Virus record (IMG/VR): IMGVR_UViG_3300029258_002750
Coordinates: 1-64,000 of that record
Strand: one strand, 5' to 3'
DNA: 64,000 nucleotides
The first letter of the stretch is position 1, and each line of letters opens with the position of its first letter. A program made the position numbers and the translations under genes. The notes under the pieces are model-generated. The model saw nothing but the letters and a program-made list of their open reading frames with translations, was not told where the DNA came from and did not search any database. This document shows positions 30,714 through 40,879 of the stretch, in pieces.

Positions 30714-31885
30714 GCAAACTCTCGGACGCCGCCGCCCACCAGGCGAGGCTCAAGAAGTGGCCCAACTCGTGGCTTCCTAACGCCATAGCGTTCGACGACG
30801 ACGTCAACGACTCCGAGGCGCGGATCTTCTGGAAGCTCCAGTTGTGGGGCGGCAAGGACGGCCGGGTCTGGATGAACCGCGCCCGGCTCGCCGAGGAGCT
30901 GAAGGTCAGCAAGCGGACGCTGAAGAGGAGGTTGAACCGGCTGGTGAAGGCCGGGTGGATCGACCGCTCGGTCGAGTCACCTGATGGGAGGTTCGCCTAC
31001 CCGAGGTACGTTCTCCAGCTCCGCAGAACCAAGCGGGGGGTGCCGGAAGTGGCCCCCCATGACAGAGTTGTCACGGGGGAGGGGGTGCCAGATTTGGCCC
31101 CCCCTGGGGTGCCAGATGTGGCACCCCAGAAGGAACAGAAGAAAGGACCAACCCCTTCAGAGAAGGGGGCGCTCCCTTCGGGAGCCCTTGCGTCGGCGGA
31201 GCCGCCGTTGGCCGGAGAAGAGACCAGCGGAGGGGAAGGGGGCGTAAATCAAGAAGTTACGTCGGATACGGAAACGAAAGAAGTTATGTCCACGGCGCCC
31301 GAGGACCCCGTCGAGCGGGCCAAGGCGCGGGCACGCGAGCGGAAGCGCCAGGCCGGGCTCTCACCTGGCGAGGTCGAGGGTCGGCCCGACATCAAGAAGG
31401 CCGCGCCCGAGCCCGCCGAGCCGAAACGCCGGGGCCGGGAGATGGTCTGGCCGCCGCGTGACGGCCGCGATGTCTGCCTCCGCTGGAACCAGGAGATGCA
31501 GGAGCGGGATTCCGGGTTCGCTGGGGTGGACCCGGGCTACGCCAACCAGAAGACCGGGGCCGGGCTGAACCTGCTGAAGGCGTTCCCAGATCATGATCTC
31601 CTGGTCGCGATCATGCGCGTGGCGATCTGGGACTGGCCCGCGATCCGTGGCTCGCTGGAGGCGTGGTACACGAAGGACAAAGAGACCCCGACTCCTGCGG
31701 TGATCTACAAGCTCGCGGAGCAATTGGCGGGCAAGACCAAGACCGGCTACGTGACCGGCAAGTGGCCGTGCTCCGCCTACAAGGCGAAGTGGATCGACCC
31801 TCCCCAGAAGGACTTCACCGACGAGAACGGCCTCAGCCTGGCCGAGCAGGCGCGGGCCGCCCGAGGACTGGCCACCAGGTTCTAA
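30710..31885 (+). CDS. HTH replication-initiator-like protein
   Basis: NRARLAEELKVSKRTLKRRLNRLVKAGWI; low-complexity linker with internal repeats; followed by clamp/loader/helicase/primase. Confidence 0.7.
   Translation: MSKLSDAAAHQARLKKWPNSWLPNAIAFDDDVNDSEARIFWKLQLWGGKDGRVWMNRARLAEELKVSKRTLKRRLNRLVKAGWIDRSVESPDGRFAYPRYVLQLRRTKRGVPEVAPHDRVVTGEGVPDLAPPGVPDVAPQKEQKKGPTPSEKGALPSGALASAEPPLAGEETSGGEGGVNQEVTSDTETKEVMSTAPEDPVERAKARARERKRQAGLSPGEVEGRPDIKKAAPEPAEPKRRGREMVWPPRDGRDVCLRWNQEMQERDSGFAGVDPGYANQKTGAGLNLLKAFPDHDLLVAIMRVAIWDWPAIRGSLEAWYTKDKETPTPAVIYKLAEQLAGKTKTGYVTGKWPCSAYKAKWIDPPQKDFTDENGLSLAEQARAARGLATRF
31036..31128 (+). repeat. three iteron-like direct repeats GGGGTGCC(G/A)GA(A/T)(G/T)TGGC(C/A)CCCC
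   Basis: GGGGTGCCGGAAGTGGCCCCCC, GGGGTGCCAGATTTGGCCCCCC, GGGGTGCCAGATGTGGCACCCC inside the initiator gene. Confidence 0.55.
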
Positions 31886-31906
31886 TGCCCCCATGGTGGG
31901 GGCACC
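31886..31906. promoter_or_regulatory. second copy of palindromic operator-like site
   Basis: Directly upstream of GGGTAGAAC (31939-31947) and dnaN. Confidence 0.5.
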
Positions 31907-31954
31907 GGACGCTCTCGACTTGGTCTCAGCTGGGCGCTGGGTAGAACGAGCTTC

Positions 31955-33067
31955 GTGAGATTCAAGACGCAGGCAGTCCTCCTCAAGCCGTTTGTGGATG
32001 CGACGGCCAGCATCGTTCCCAAGAACAACAAGCGTCCCCAACTCGAATGCACGCGGATCGACGTCGATCGCGGCGTGGTTACCCTGTCGGCGACCAACCT
32101 CAACGAGACGATCCGGCTGGTCTTCTCCGACGAGTGCGAGACCGAGGACGGATCGGTCTTTCTGCCGTCCGTGAACCTCCAGCGCACGATCAAGGAGGCG
32201 GGCAAGAGCGAGCTGGACATCAAGTGGAACGGCAAGACGCAGAAGGCGGCCTGCCGATTCGACAACACCCTGGTGAACCTGCCGGTCGAGCCGCCAGAGG
32301 ATCTGCCCAACATCCCGCGCTTCTCTGAGAAGGGGTCGGCCGTCACGATCCCCGGGCCAGCGCTGACCGCGATCCTGTCCCGGGCGGTGTTCTCGGTCCA
32401 GTCGGACTTCGTCGCGCGCGCGTTGGCGGGCGTGAGCGTGAAGATTCGCAAGGACGAGATAGAGTTGGCCGCGACGAACGGGATGGGGATCGCGGTCGTT
32501 CGGCACAAGGTCGGCAACCCGGACGGGCTCGAGCGGAGCGCGATCTTGCCGCCGGTGCCGCCGAAGATCGTCGCGTGGATCGCGCCCGAGCCGGACGATG
32601 TCGTCGAGTTCCAGTTGGTCGTGAACCAGCTGAGACTGCGAGGGCCGCGCGGCGAGTTGTCATTCCGGCTGATGGCCGGGCAGTTTCCCGACTACGAGGA
32701 CCACGTACCCGAGAAGCTCCCCAAGAGCATGGACATCGAGCGCAAGCCGCTCCTCGAGATGCTCGAACAGAGCAAGCTCCTCAAGGTGGTAGGGCTCACG
32801 CGCTACAAGTTCACCCTGACCACAGACCGGCTGGAGATGGTCGCCGCGTCCGGCGTGGACGGGAAGATCACTGCTGCGCTGGAGGTCCCCTGGTCGTGGG
32901 AGGACACGGCGCTGTCGCTGGACCCGAACCTGATGATCCCGGTGCTCAAGGCCATGAAGGCGACCCACGTCGTCTTCGGCGTGGCCGGGCCAGAGGAGCC
33001 GGTCCTGTTCCGCGAGGTCACCGACAAGTTCTCCAACCGCTACATGCTGAGTCCGAGGTTTGAGTGA
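31955..33067 (+). CDS. dnaN: DNA polymerase sliding clamp (beta subunit-like)
   Basis: ASIVPKNNKRPQLEC, TLSATNL, E.G..LP, ELAATNG, FRLMAGQFPDY, YMLSP. Confidence 0.85.
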   Translation: MRFKTQAVLLKPFVDATASIVPKNNKRPQLECTRIDVDRGVVTLSATNLNETIRLVFSDECETEDGSVFLPSVNLQRTIKEAGKSELDIKWNGKTQKAACRFDNTLVNLPVEPPEDLPNIPRFSEKGSAVTIPGPALTAILSRAVFSVQSDFVARALAGVSVKIRKDEIELAATNGMGIAVVRHKVGNPDGLERSAILPPVPPKIVAWIAPEPDDVVEFQLVVNQLRLRGPRGELSFRLMAGQFPDYEDHVPEKLPKSMDIERKPLLEMLEQSKLLKVVGLTRYKFTLTTDRLEMVAASGVDGKITAALEVPWSWEDTALSLDPNLMIPVLKAMKATHVVFGVAGPEEPVLFREVTDKFSNRYMLSPRFE

Positions 33068-33684
33068 GACCCCGCGAGGTGCTAGATCCTCTGCCGAACC
33101 CGGACATCGTGTGGGGCCGGGCTCGCGCTCACGCTTGTATCCCAGTTCGCGCGTGGGACGCCGACCTGCGCCTGATCCCGGACACGGTTCCCTACAAGAC
33201 CCGAATCTTCGACTACATCGCGAAGATGCACGAACTGGAAAAGGCGGGGTTCGGGCTGATCCTCTACGGCGAGCAAGGTACGGGGAAGACCACCATTGCC
33301 GTGCAGGTCATGAAGGAGGCGATGGCGCGCGGCGCGGTGCGCGGCTACTTCGTGGAGGCGGCCGAGATCCCAAAGCTCGCGATCCGGCGGCCCGACACAG
33401 CGTACGATGAGTCGGTCTGGGACCAGCTCCGTGGCAGCGCCCAGTTCTTGGTGATCGACGATCTCGGGAGCGAGAGCGAGGAGTCGTCCTTCTGGGATGA
33501 CCGCACGATCCGGGAGATCCTCTCCTCTCGGTACAACAACGCGCTGCCCACGCTGATCACCGCGAACCTCTCTCTAGCAACTCTCTATGAGCGAGTGCCG
33601 AGGCTCGGCAAGATCGCTGGCGACTGCTACGCCACGATCGAGGTCTCCGAGCCCAAGTGGCGCGCGCCTGCGCAGGTGGTCTGA
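33064..33684 (+). CDS. DnaC/IstB-like ATPase (helicase loader)
   Basis: GLILYGEQGTGKT, LVIDDLG.E, RYNNALPTLITANL. Confidence 0.85.
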   Translation: MRPREVLDPLPNPDIVWGRARAHACIPVRAWDADLRLIPDTVPYKTRIFDYIAKMHELEKAGFGLILYGEQGTGKTTIAVQVMKEAMARGAVRGYFVEAAEIPKLAIRRPDTAYDESVWDQLRGSAQFLVIDDLGSESEESSFWDDRTIREILSSRYNNALPTLITANLSLATLYERVPRLGKIAGDCYATIEVSEPKWRAPAQVV

Positions 33685-35186
33685 TGGACGAGATCACGCT
33701 CGACCGCGCGATGCTCTACGGCATCCTCCAGAAGAACGACCCCGCCGCATACTTCCGAGCGCGCGAGCACGGCGTCGAGCCGGAACACGTGCTGGACGAG
33801 GACCAGAAGGTCTTCGAGTTCATGGGGAAGTTCATCCGTACCGGCCGCCTTCCGACCACGACCGAGATCAAGGCGCAGACTGGCGTCTCCCTAATCGTCC
33901 CGGACGTCGCAGTTGAACCGTTCGATGTGGACGTCTTCGCTGGGCAGATCCAGAGGCGTGCGCTTCAGAACGCGATGAAGGACCCGTTCGGTGAGATCGC
34001 GACGCTGATCGTGACGGACCCGTTCGAGGCGCGAAAGCGGATGTCTCAGCTGGTTCGTGAGACAGCCTGGAGCCTCGGTAAGCTCACGTCGTACGCCGAC
34101 CCGGCGCTAGCCCAGGAGACGCTCGGCGACTACGAGCGGGCGCGAGATAACGCGGGCGAGCTGCTGGGCCTGTCGTCGCCGTGGGAGGATGTGGACGCGC
34201 ACAGCCTTGGTCTCCAGCCCGGTGAGCTGACGGTGCTCCTCGCCAAGCGCAAGGTCGGCAAAACCTGGCTGATGCTCAAGTGGTTCATGCACATCCTCCG
34301 GTCGAAGAAAGACCTGAGGCCCGGAGAATGTCTGCTAGTCGTCTCGATGGAGATGCCCAAGAAGCAGATCTACCGGCGGCTCGCCGCGATCGATCTGCTG
34401 CTGAACTACCAGGGCTTCCGCTCCGGTCGCCTTACCAGCGAGGAGGAGCGCCGTCTCACCGACCACGTCAAGGCGATGATGACGCCGGACCCGACCCGGA
34501 AGGACATCCACATCGCCTGTGCTGACGTCGTGCGTGACGTGGCCGACATCTGCGACAAGGTGGCCGAGCTGAACCCCAAGGGGGTCGCGATCGACGGTAT
34601 GTACATCCTCGGCCGCGACCGCCGCATGGGCATGTGGGAGCGCACGATCCAGAATTGCGCCGAGATCAAGCTCGACCTCTGCACCGAGATGAACATGCCG
34701 GTCCTGGCGACTACCCAATTCCGTGGGACCAAGAGCAAGCACGCGCTCGAGGCCGACGCCGACGACGCCGCCTACGCGAAGGCGATCGGAGACTGGGCCG
34801 ACGCGATGCGCGGGATCTTCATGGACGAGGAGTACGAGCGGGCGGGCAAGCGCGTGTTCCGCGCTATGGAGTCGCGCGAGTTCCGGGGCGTGGACATCCA
34901 GATCTCGTTCAACCTGAAGTCGATGGACTTCAAGCAGCTCAAGCTCATGGACGAGGACAAGAAGGGTGAAGGCGAAGGGGCGCAGCCTGTGGAAGATGCC
35001 GATCCCGACGCCGACCCGACGCCGATCCTCAGTGGCCTGCCGGACGGGACGGTGCCCGAGGCGATGGTCTCGCCTGTCGCGCCGGAGACGGAGGCGGCGG
35101 ACGACGAGGACGCGGATACCGATCAGCCAGCCGACCCTGACGGTGGTCAGCCGACGCCGTCCGACGAAGAAGGGATCGTCTTCTAG
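33684..35186 (+). CDS. dnaB: replicative DNA helicase
   Basis: GLQPGELTVLLAKRKVGKT, VSMEM, IDGMY, PVLATTQ; acidic tail. Confidence 0.85.
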   Translation: MDEITLDRAMLYGILQKNDPAAYFRAREHGVEPEHVLDEDQKVFEFMGKFIRTGRLPTTTEIKAQTGVSLIVPDVAVEPFDVDVFAGQIQRRALQNAMKDPFGEIATLIVTDPFEARKRMSQLVRETAWSLGKLTSYADPALAQETLGDYERARDNAGELLGLSSPWEDVDAHSLGLQPGELTVLLAKRKVGKTWLMLKWFMHILRSKKDLRPGECLLVVSMEMPKKQIYRRLAAIDLLLNYQGFRSGRLTSEEERRLTDHVKAMMTPDPTRKDIHIACADVVRDVADICDKVAELNPKGVAIDGMYILGRDRRMGMWERTIQNCAEIKLDLCTEMNMPVLATTQFRGTKSKHALEADADDAAYAKAIGDWADAMRGIFMDEEYERAGKRVFRAMESREFRGVDIQISFNLKSMDFKQLKLMDEDKKGEGEGAQPVEDADPDADPTPILSGLPDGTVPEAMVSPVAPETEAADDEDADTDQPADPDGGQPTPSDEEGIVF

Positions 35187-36286
35187 TGGACGCGGACGGG
35201 ATCGTCGGTGTGTGCAACGCGCTGGGCCTGCGCCACGGCCGGGTCCGCGACACCAAGCGCGGGCCGAACATCTCGATGGCCTGCCCGCTTGCCGCGATCA
35301 CACACGGCGATCCCGATGACCGCAACAAGAGCTGCTCGGTCTCCGTCGACCCGGACGGTCTGAGCTACGCCAAGTGCTTCAGCTGGAACTGCGGCTACAA
35401 CGGCACCTTCTTTGGGCTGCTTCAGAAGGCGATCCTCGGGATGCCGACGCCGCCCGAGCATCTGCTGGAGATGCTCGAGCGGATCGCCGAGACCGAGCAG
35501 GACAACCCGGAGTCGCGTGCCAGGCGCATGAGGGAGCAGCTCGAGATTCAGCAGGGCGAGGAGAGCAACCCGAAGCCGCTGCCGCCGCGCGAGGTTGAGC
35601 GGGACGTGCTAGAGGAGGCGGTGTTCGCGCCGTTCTCTCGGAAGATCCCGAAGTACGCGGTCGATCGCGGTGTCGACAAGGAAGCGGCTGCGGCCTGGGA
35701 CCTTGGCTACGACGAGGGCCAGGGTCGGCTCGTCTTCCCGGTGCGCAGGGGCGACGGTGCTCTGGTGGGCATGACCGGCCGGATTACGCCGGAAGCGCAA
35801 TGCCGTGCCGCGAACCGTGGGGTCGAGGTCACCAAGTACCACAACTACTCCGGCCTCAACAAGACGCGCTACCTCTACGGCGTGCACACGTGGACCGACA
35901 AGAAGCTGCCGATCGTTCTGGTCGAGGGACCACTGGACGCGGTGCGTACCTGGATGGCCTTGCGCGATCGAGGGGTCAACGTGGCCGCGACGATGGGCGA
36001 GGGATTCTCGTCGGACCATCGGCGCATCGTGCGCGGGGCCTGGCCGCCGGTCGTCTATATCTTCGCTGACGGGGATTCGGCCGGGCGCCGGATGGCCGAG
36101 AAGATTCACTACCTGCTCGACGACGCGCTCATGCTCAAGCTGATGCGCTGTCCGGTACGCGTGTGGGAGGATGACGAGACCGGCGAGGAGCACAAGGAGT
36201 ACTCCGATCCGGGGAGTATGACCGACGAGGAGATCGTCTACGCCTTCGAGAACGCGGAGGTCATCCTGGGCGAGATCAGGTGGTAG
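35186..36286 (+). CDS. DNA primase (Zn-finger + TOPRIM)
   Basis: CPLA..H..D.N.SCSV..CFS.NC; RLVFPV; VEGPLDA; ADGDSAG. Confidence 0.85.
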   Translation: MDADGIVGVCNALGLRHGRVRDTKRGPNISMACPLAAITHGDPDDRNKSCSVSVDPDGLSYAKCFSWNCGYNGTFFGLLQKAILGMPTPPEHLLEMLERIAETEQDNPESRARRMREQLEIQQGEESNPKPLPPREVERDVLEEAVFAPFSRKIPKYAVDRGVDKEAAAAWDLGYDEGQGRLVFPVRRGDGALVGMTGRITPEAQCRAANRGVEVTKYHNYSGLNKTRYLYGVHTWTDKKLPIVLVEGPLDAVRTWMALRDRGVNVAATMGEGFSSDHRRIVRGAWPPVVYIFADGDSAGRRMAEKIHYLLDDALMLKLMRCPVRVWEDDETGEEHKEYSDPGSMTDEEIVYAFENAEVILGEIRW

Positions 36287-36296
36287 GAGGAATAGG

Positions 36297-37304
36297 ATGG
36301 CCGGTCGAGCCAGTCGAGCCAAAGCCTCGGATGTGATCAGGGCGCTGAAGGGGCGTGGTGGGCTCACGCCCCTGACACCGCCTCCGCCATGTCCGCCCCC
36401 TCCGGTGGCCATCAAGATGCCATCGCCGAAGGTCGCGCCGAAGGCAACCCAGAAGGCGCCGCCGCCGAAGAAGAACGGCAAGGCCGATAAGGACTTCTAC
36501 CTCAGGCCGTCGTGGTACGACGACCTGAAGGCGTTCGTGGACGCAGGCGTGTCGGTGCTCCTGATCGGCCCAGCTGGCTCCGGCAAAAGCCGGGGCGTGA
36601 AGGAGGTCTTCAAGGAGCGGCAGCAGTTCCTCCGCGTCGTCTCGTGTACGCCGAGGCTGAACGCGAACGACCTGGAGGGCGACTTCGATCTGCTCGTCGA
36701 GAACGGCAAGCAGGTCACCAAGTTCTCCCCCGCCGGTCCCGCTCTGGCCAGCCAGCATGGCGATGGGCTTCTGTTCGATGAGGTGGACGCGGCCCCGGCC
36801 GAGGCTATGTACTCGGTCTACCGGCTCCTCGACGGCGAGGAGATGCACATCGTTCGCAAGGGGCAGGACGCGCTCGTCCAGCGGCATCCCGAGCTGCGGA
36901 TCGTCGGGACGCAGAACACCGAGGGGCGCGGCGACGATCGTGGGCTCTACCACGGCCGGTCGCACCAAGACGAGGCGTTCCTCGACAGGTGGGAGAACAC
37001 GATTCGGGTGAGCTATCCCACGCCCGACGACGAGGCGGTCATCCTCTGCGGTCGGACCGGGATTGGCGAGGTCCAGGCGAAGCGGATCGTGGCGGCGGCC
37101 AACGCCTTCCGGGCCGCGCTCGCGAACGGCGACGAGATCATGTTCACATGCTCGTTGCGGCGGACGCTCGCTGTGGCCGCGAACCTCGCGCGCGGTCACA
37201 CGCCCAGGCGCGCCTGGGAGTTCGCGGTGCTCAATCGGGCGACTCCCGAGGACGCGGCCAGGATGCCCGAGACGCTGAACAGGATCTACGGAACGAAGTG
37301 GTAG
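36297..37304 (+). CDS. CobS/CbbQ-like MoxR AAA ATPase
   Basis: LLIGPAGSGKS, LLFDEVDAA, GTQNT, FLDRW. Confidence 0.85.
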   Translation: MAGRASRAKASDVIRALKGRGGLTPLTPPPPCPPPPVAIKMPSPKVAPKATQKAPPPKKNGKADKDFYLRPSWYDDLKAFVDAGVSVLLIGPAGSGKSRGVKEVFKERQQFLRVVSCTPRLNANDLEGDFDLLVENGKQVTKFSPAGPALASQHGDGLLFDEVDAAPAEAMYSVYRLLDGEEMHIVRKGQDALVQRHPELRIVGTQNTEGRGDDRGLYHGRSHQDEAFLDRWENTIRVSYPTPDDEAVILCGRTGIGEVQAKRIVAAANAFRAALANGDEIMFTCSLRRTLAVAANLARGHTPRRAWEFAVLNRATPEDAARMPETLNRIYGTKW

Positions 37305-37318
37305 CTCGCCGTGCGCTG

Positions 37319-38950
37319 ATGGACGCGCAGCAGTCTGTCGTTACTGGGCTGCTGCGAGAGGGGGTGACGGTCGTCTTCGACGCCGAGACTCCCTATGCGG
37401 ACCTTCACGCGCGCGTGATGCACGTGCGCCCGTTGCCGGAGGAGGTTGACGAGACGGCGCTCCTCCATCTGCGGGCCGACTGCGACCACGAGATGTGCCA
37501 TCTCGCTCAGTCCGATCCGAAGGTGCTCGACAAGATCGAGCGGCCGATGCTCAAGCTGGTCCACAACGCGATCGAGGACGGCTTTGTCGAGCTGTGGGGC
37601 TCGTCGATGTGGTTCGGTGTGGCTGAGAATCTACGCCGCTCAAACGCGCTGGTCAGCGCAGACCTGCGAGAGAGGGCGACCGGGGCTCGGTCGTGCACGC
37701 GGGCGCGCGCTGTCAGCGCTCTCCAGTTTCTCGTCATGGGCGAGGACACCAAGGACGTGTGCGATCGGCTCGGCGATGACATTCGCCCGCTGATCGGGGA
37801 GATCGGCGGACTCCTCCCAGAGCTTCGCCAGGTGCGCAGTAGTTCGGCCGGGCGAGTTGTGGCCGAGAAGGTCTGCGACATCTGGCGCTGGGGCAACCGC
37901 TCCGAGCCGAGGAACAAGCCGCTGTGTGCCGATGAGAAGACGCGCGCCCGAGAGGACAAGGTAGCCGTGCAGCTCGAAGCGATGCCCACGCTCGCCAAGG
38001 CCAGGAAGAAGGTCATTCGCACGATCGGGGCCGCGCCCGGTTCCTATCGCGCTTACACCAACCGCGACGTTATCGAGACGGTGCAGGTTACGGCCGATCA
38101 TAGGACCGGGGTGAGCGAGTTCATTCGCTCGGTCCGGCACGTGGTGCCGCCGCTCCGTAGGCGGCTGCTGATGGAGTTCCGGTCGGTCGGTCGGCGCTAC
38201 GAGTACGACCGCAGGAGCGGTCAGCTCGACCGCAGCGCCCTTCACCGTGTTGCGCTCGGCGACGACCGGGTCTTCAGGCGCGAGGTTCCTGTTCCCGTGG
38301 TCGATGCCGATGTGACCCTACTGGTGGACATCTCCGGGTCGATGACGCTCAAGGCGCCGTCCGGCGGCACGCGCATTCAGCTGGCTGCCCAGGCGGCTGG
38401 CGCAACCAGCATGGTGCTGGACCTGATCGGCGTCTCGAACGAGTGCCTGGCGTTCACGACGCGCGACAGCTTCGTTCCGCCCGGTGTGCGCGTGTCCTTC
38501 GATCGCGGCGTCTACCAGCGAGTACGCGCGCTCCGTCACCTGGTGGTCAAGGACGTCCGCCAGAGTTTCCGCCAGGCGCGCGCGGCCTTCGTGTCGATGG
38601 CGGAGTTCATGGGCTGCGACGAGAACATCGACGGCGAGTCCCTGCTCTGGGCGGCTCGCAGGCTCCTCGCGCGCGCGAGACCCGGCGTTGTGCCCATCCT
38701 GATCGTCTACAGCGACGGCGAGCCCGCCAGTTCGCCCGAGGAGGCGCACGTTCTCGCTGACCACCTCAAGCGGTCCGTCGAGCGGATCACCGCCGCTGGC
38801 GTCGTCGTGCTGATGATCGGGATCGGTACCGACTCCGTACGCCGTTTCTGCCGGGACTCAACGGTGATCGGCAACATAAGTGATCTGACGGAAGCGAGTT
38901 ACGAGCTGCTGCGTAGGGTGCTCCGGCGATCTCAGAATCTCCGATTCTGA
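37319..38950 (+). CDS. CobT-like VWA domain protein
   Basis: DHEMCH; G.LDRSALHR; DISGSM; NIDGESL; YSDGEP; IGIG. Confidence 0.8.
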   Translation: MDAQQSVVTGLLREGVTVVFDAETPYADLHARVMHVRPLPEEVDETALLHLRADCDHEMCHLAQSDPKVLDKIERPMLKLVHNAIEDGFVELWGSSMWFGVAENLRRSNALVSADLRERATGARSCTRARAVSALQFLVMGEDTKDVCDRLGDDIRPLIGEIGGLLPELRQVRSSSAGRVVAEKVCDIWRWGNRSEPRNKPLCADEKTRAREDKVAVQLEAMPTLAKARKKVIRTIGAAPGSYRAYTNRDVIETVQVTADHRTGVSEFIRSVRHVVPPLRRRLLMEFRSVGRRYEYDRRSGQLDRSALHRVALGDDRVFRREVPVPVVDADVTLLVDISGSMTLKAPSGGTRIQLAAQAAGATSMVLDLIGVSNECLAFTTRDSFVPPGVRVSFDRGVYQRVRALRHLVVKDVRQSFRQARAAFVSMAEFMGCDENIDGESLLWAARRLLARARPGVVPILIVYSDGEPASSPEEAHVLADHLKRSVERITAAGVVVLMIGIGTDSVRRFCRDSTVIGNISDLTEASYELLRRVLRRSQNLRF

Positions 38951-39022
38951 CGGGCGCCCCGGGTATAACGATGCCACGGCCCAGTCGTGTGAGAGACAAA
39001 AGGGTCGAGAAAGAGGAGTTCT

Positions 39023-39808
39023 ATGGGATACGCAGGAGACGGTGGACCTCCCCCGCCCCCGGGGCAAGGAGGAGGCTTCCGAAGGAACGAGCCGCAGTAC
39101 GGCTTCAGCGAGCAGGTCACCAAGGACGGCAAGACCTTCATGAAGAGGGTCAAGACCTGGTACATGCCGCCCGGGGCGAACGACAAGCCCTGTGTCATGC
39201 TCGACCGGAAGGGTGATCGCTACACCCTCACGGTCCACGAGTTCGTCGGCCCGGACGGCCGGAAGGGCTCGATGGTGCGCTGCATCGCGCGTGCGAACCC
39301 CAAGGAGGGCTGCCCGCTCTGCGAGGCCCTCGGCAAGGAGGGGCGCTGGTACTGGGCGCTCACGTGCATCGACCAGAGTCGGTTCATCCCCAAGGAGGGG
39401 AAGAACGTCGGCAACGTCTACACCAACTTCCGGCGGCTGATCCTGGTCACGTCGAAGCAGTTCGACGACATGAAGGGCATCGAGAACAAGGCGGAGGACG
39501 GCTGGCACGGTCGACGGTTCGACGTCTCGCGTGCCGATGACTCGAAGAGCGCGAAGATCGGCACGTCCTGGTACCCCAAGACGGAGCGGCCGGTGCTCAC
39601 CGACGACGAGATGAAGGCCGAATTCGAGGAGGCGGCGGCCAACTACGGCATCCCCGTCGAGAACTTCATCGAGCCGTTCGACTACGACACCGTGCTGGCT
39701 CTCCCGTCCTATGAGGACGCCAAGCAGATCGCCGCTGCGATCAAGGGCACGGTCGACGGCGGCGGCGACGACTCCCCGGACGGAGATTCAGGGGCAATCA
39801 GCTTCTGA
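39023..39808 (+). CDS. gp32-like single-stranded DNA-binding protein
   Basis: H..C..CPLC Zn site, aromatic OB-type core, acidic C-terminus DDSPDGDSGAISF; upstream GGGTATAAC (38961-38969). Confidence 0.65.
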   Translation: MGYAGDGGPPPPPGQGGGFRRNEPQYGFSEQVTKDGKTFMKRVKTWYMPPGANDKPCVMLDRKGDRYTLTVHEFVGPDGRKGSMVRCIARANPKEGCPLCEALGKEGRWYWALTCIDQSRFIPKEGKNVGNVYTNFRRLILVTSKQFDDMKGIENKAEDGWHGRRFDVSRADDSKSAKIGTSWYPKTERPVLTDDEMKAEFEEAAANYGIPVENFIEPFDYDTVLALPSYEDAKQIAAAIKGTVDGGGDDSPDGDSGAISF

Positions 39809-39828
39809 GCTAGCCTACACACGCTAGT

Positions 39829-39860
39829 GCCGGGACCAGGTCACCACACCTGGTCCCGGC
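39829..39860 (+). terminator. hairpin after SSB gene
   Basis: GCCGGGACCAGGT-CACCAC-ACCTGGTCCCGGC. Confidence 0.5.
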
Positions 39861-39870
39861 CGGAGCTTGC

Positions 39871-40761
39871 ATGAAAAGCCCCTGGCTACAGTCGTTCCGC
39901 GTTGATGTCCAAGACGGCTGCCCAGACATCCCCGACGAGAGCTGTGACGTCGCGATCTTCTCGCCGCCCTACAAGAAGGCGGACGGCTACAGCGACGATC
40001 TGATGTTCGATCTCGGTCAGGTGCTCATCAGGGTGATGAAGTCCGGCGGCCGTGTCTTCCTCAACTTCGGCTTCTTGCGCGAGTCTCTCGGTCGACCCTA
40101 CTGCGCGCTCGGTCAGCTGGTAGCCGGAAGCTGGTGGAACGCCGACGAGACCGGGCACGGTGGACTCGAGTACGGCCAGACGATCGCCTGGGTGAAGAGC
40201 GCCGCCTTCCCGAGCTGGCGCGAGCTGATCCTCGAGTATCTCAAGACGCTCCCGCGCCACGGCCTGGCCGCCCAGAGCGTGATCAGGAAGATCCTCCGCG
40301 AGCCGGGCCGGATGACCCAGCGCGGCCACTACCAACCGATCACTGGCACCCGCAAGGTCTTGAACTACTGCTGGGAGCCGGTCTTCACGCTGTGGAAGCC
40401 CCCCGAGCCCGACTTCGACAGGCTCGCAGTCGGCGTCCCGTTCACGCACAAGAGCAACCGGACGCGCGGGACGCGCGGCCGTCACGGCGATCTCCATTGC
40501 GCGGGCGACGTGTGGTTCATCCCGCACAAGACGACCGGCAAGGAGAAGAAGAAGCTGCACAAGCACGAGTTCCCCGAGGCGCTCGCCGAGCGCGCGCTGA
40601 AGGTGAGCGGCGTGCAGCCCGGCGGGACGGTCTTCGATCCGTTCCTCGGCTCAGGAACCACCGCCGTGGTCGCGAAGCGACTGGGGCTGAACGTCTACGG
40701 AACCGACAGAGACCACCGGGAGCTGCGCGTGGCGCGGACGCGGTGGAGCAAGGAGGGGTAG
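39871..40761 (+). CDS. beta-class amino DNA methyltransferase (SPPY, likely N4-C)
   Basis: IFSPPY, FPEAL, VFDPFLGSGTT. Confidence 0.85.
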   Translation: MKSPWLQSFRVDVQDGCPDIPDESCDVAIFSPPYKKADGYSDDLMFDLGQVLIRVMKSGGRVFLNFGFLRESLGRPYCALGQLVAGSWWNADETGHGGLEYGQTIAWVKSAAFPSWRELILEYLKTLPRHGLAAQSVIRKILREPGRMTQRGHYQPITGTRKVLNYCWEPVFTLWKPPEPDFDRLAVGVPFTHKSNRTRGTRGRHGDLHCAGDVWFIPHKTTGKEKKKLHKHEFPEALAERALKVSGVQPGGTVFDPFLGSGTTAVVAKRLGLNVYGTDRDHRELRVARTRWSKEG

Positions 40762-40879
40762 CCAACCGAACGTCTTCACGGCCCCTCGTATCGGCCCGAT
40801 GTGTCTTCGGGCGACAGAGACCCGGAAACGAGAGGCTCACTTCAGCGTGGCGTGCCGGGCCGCCACTGAGAGAGTTCTC

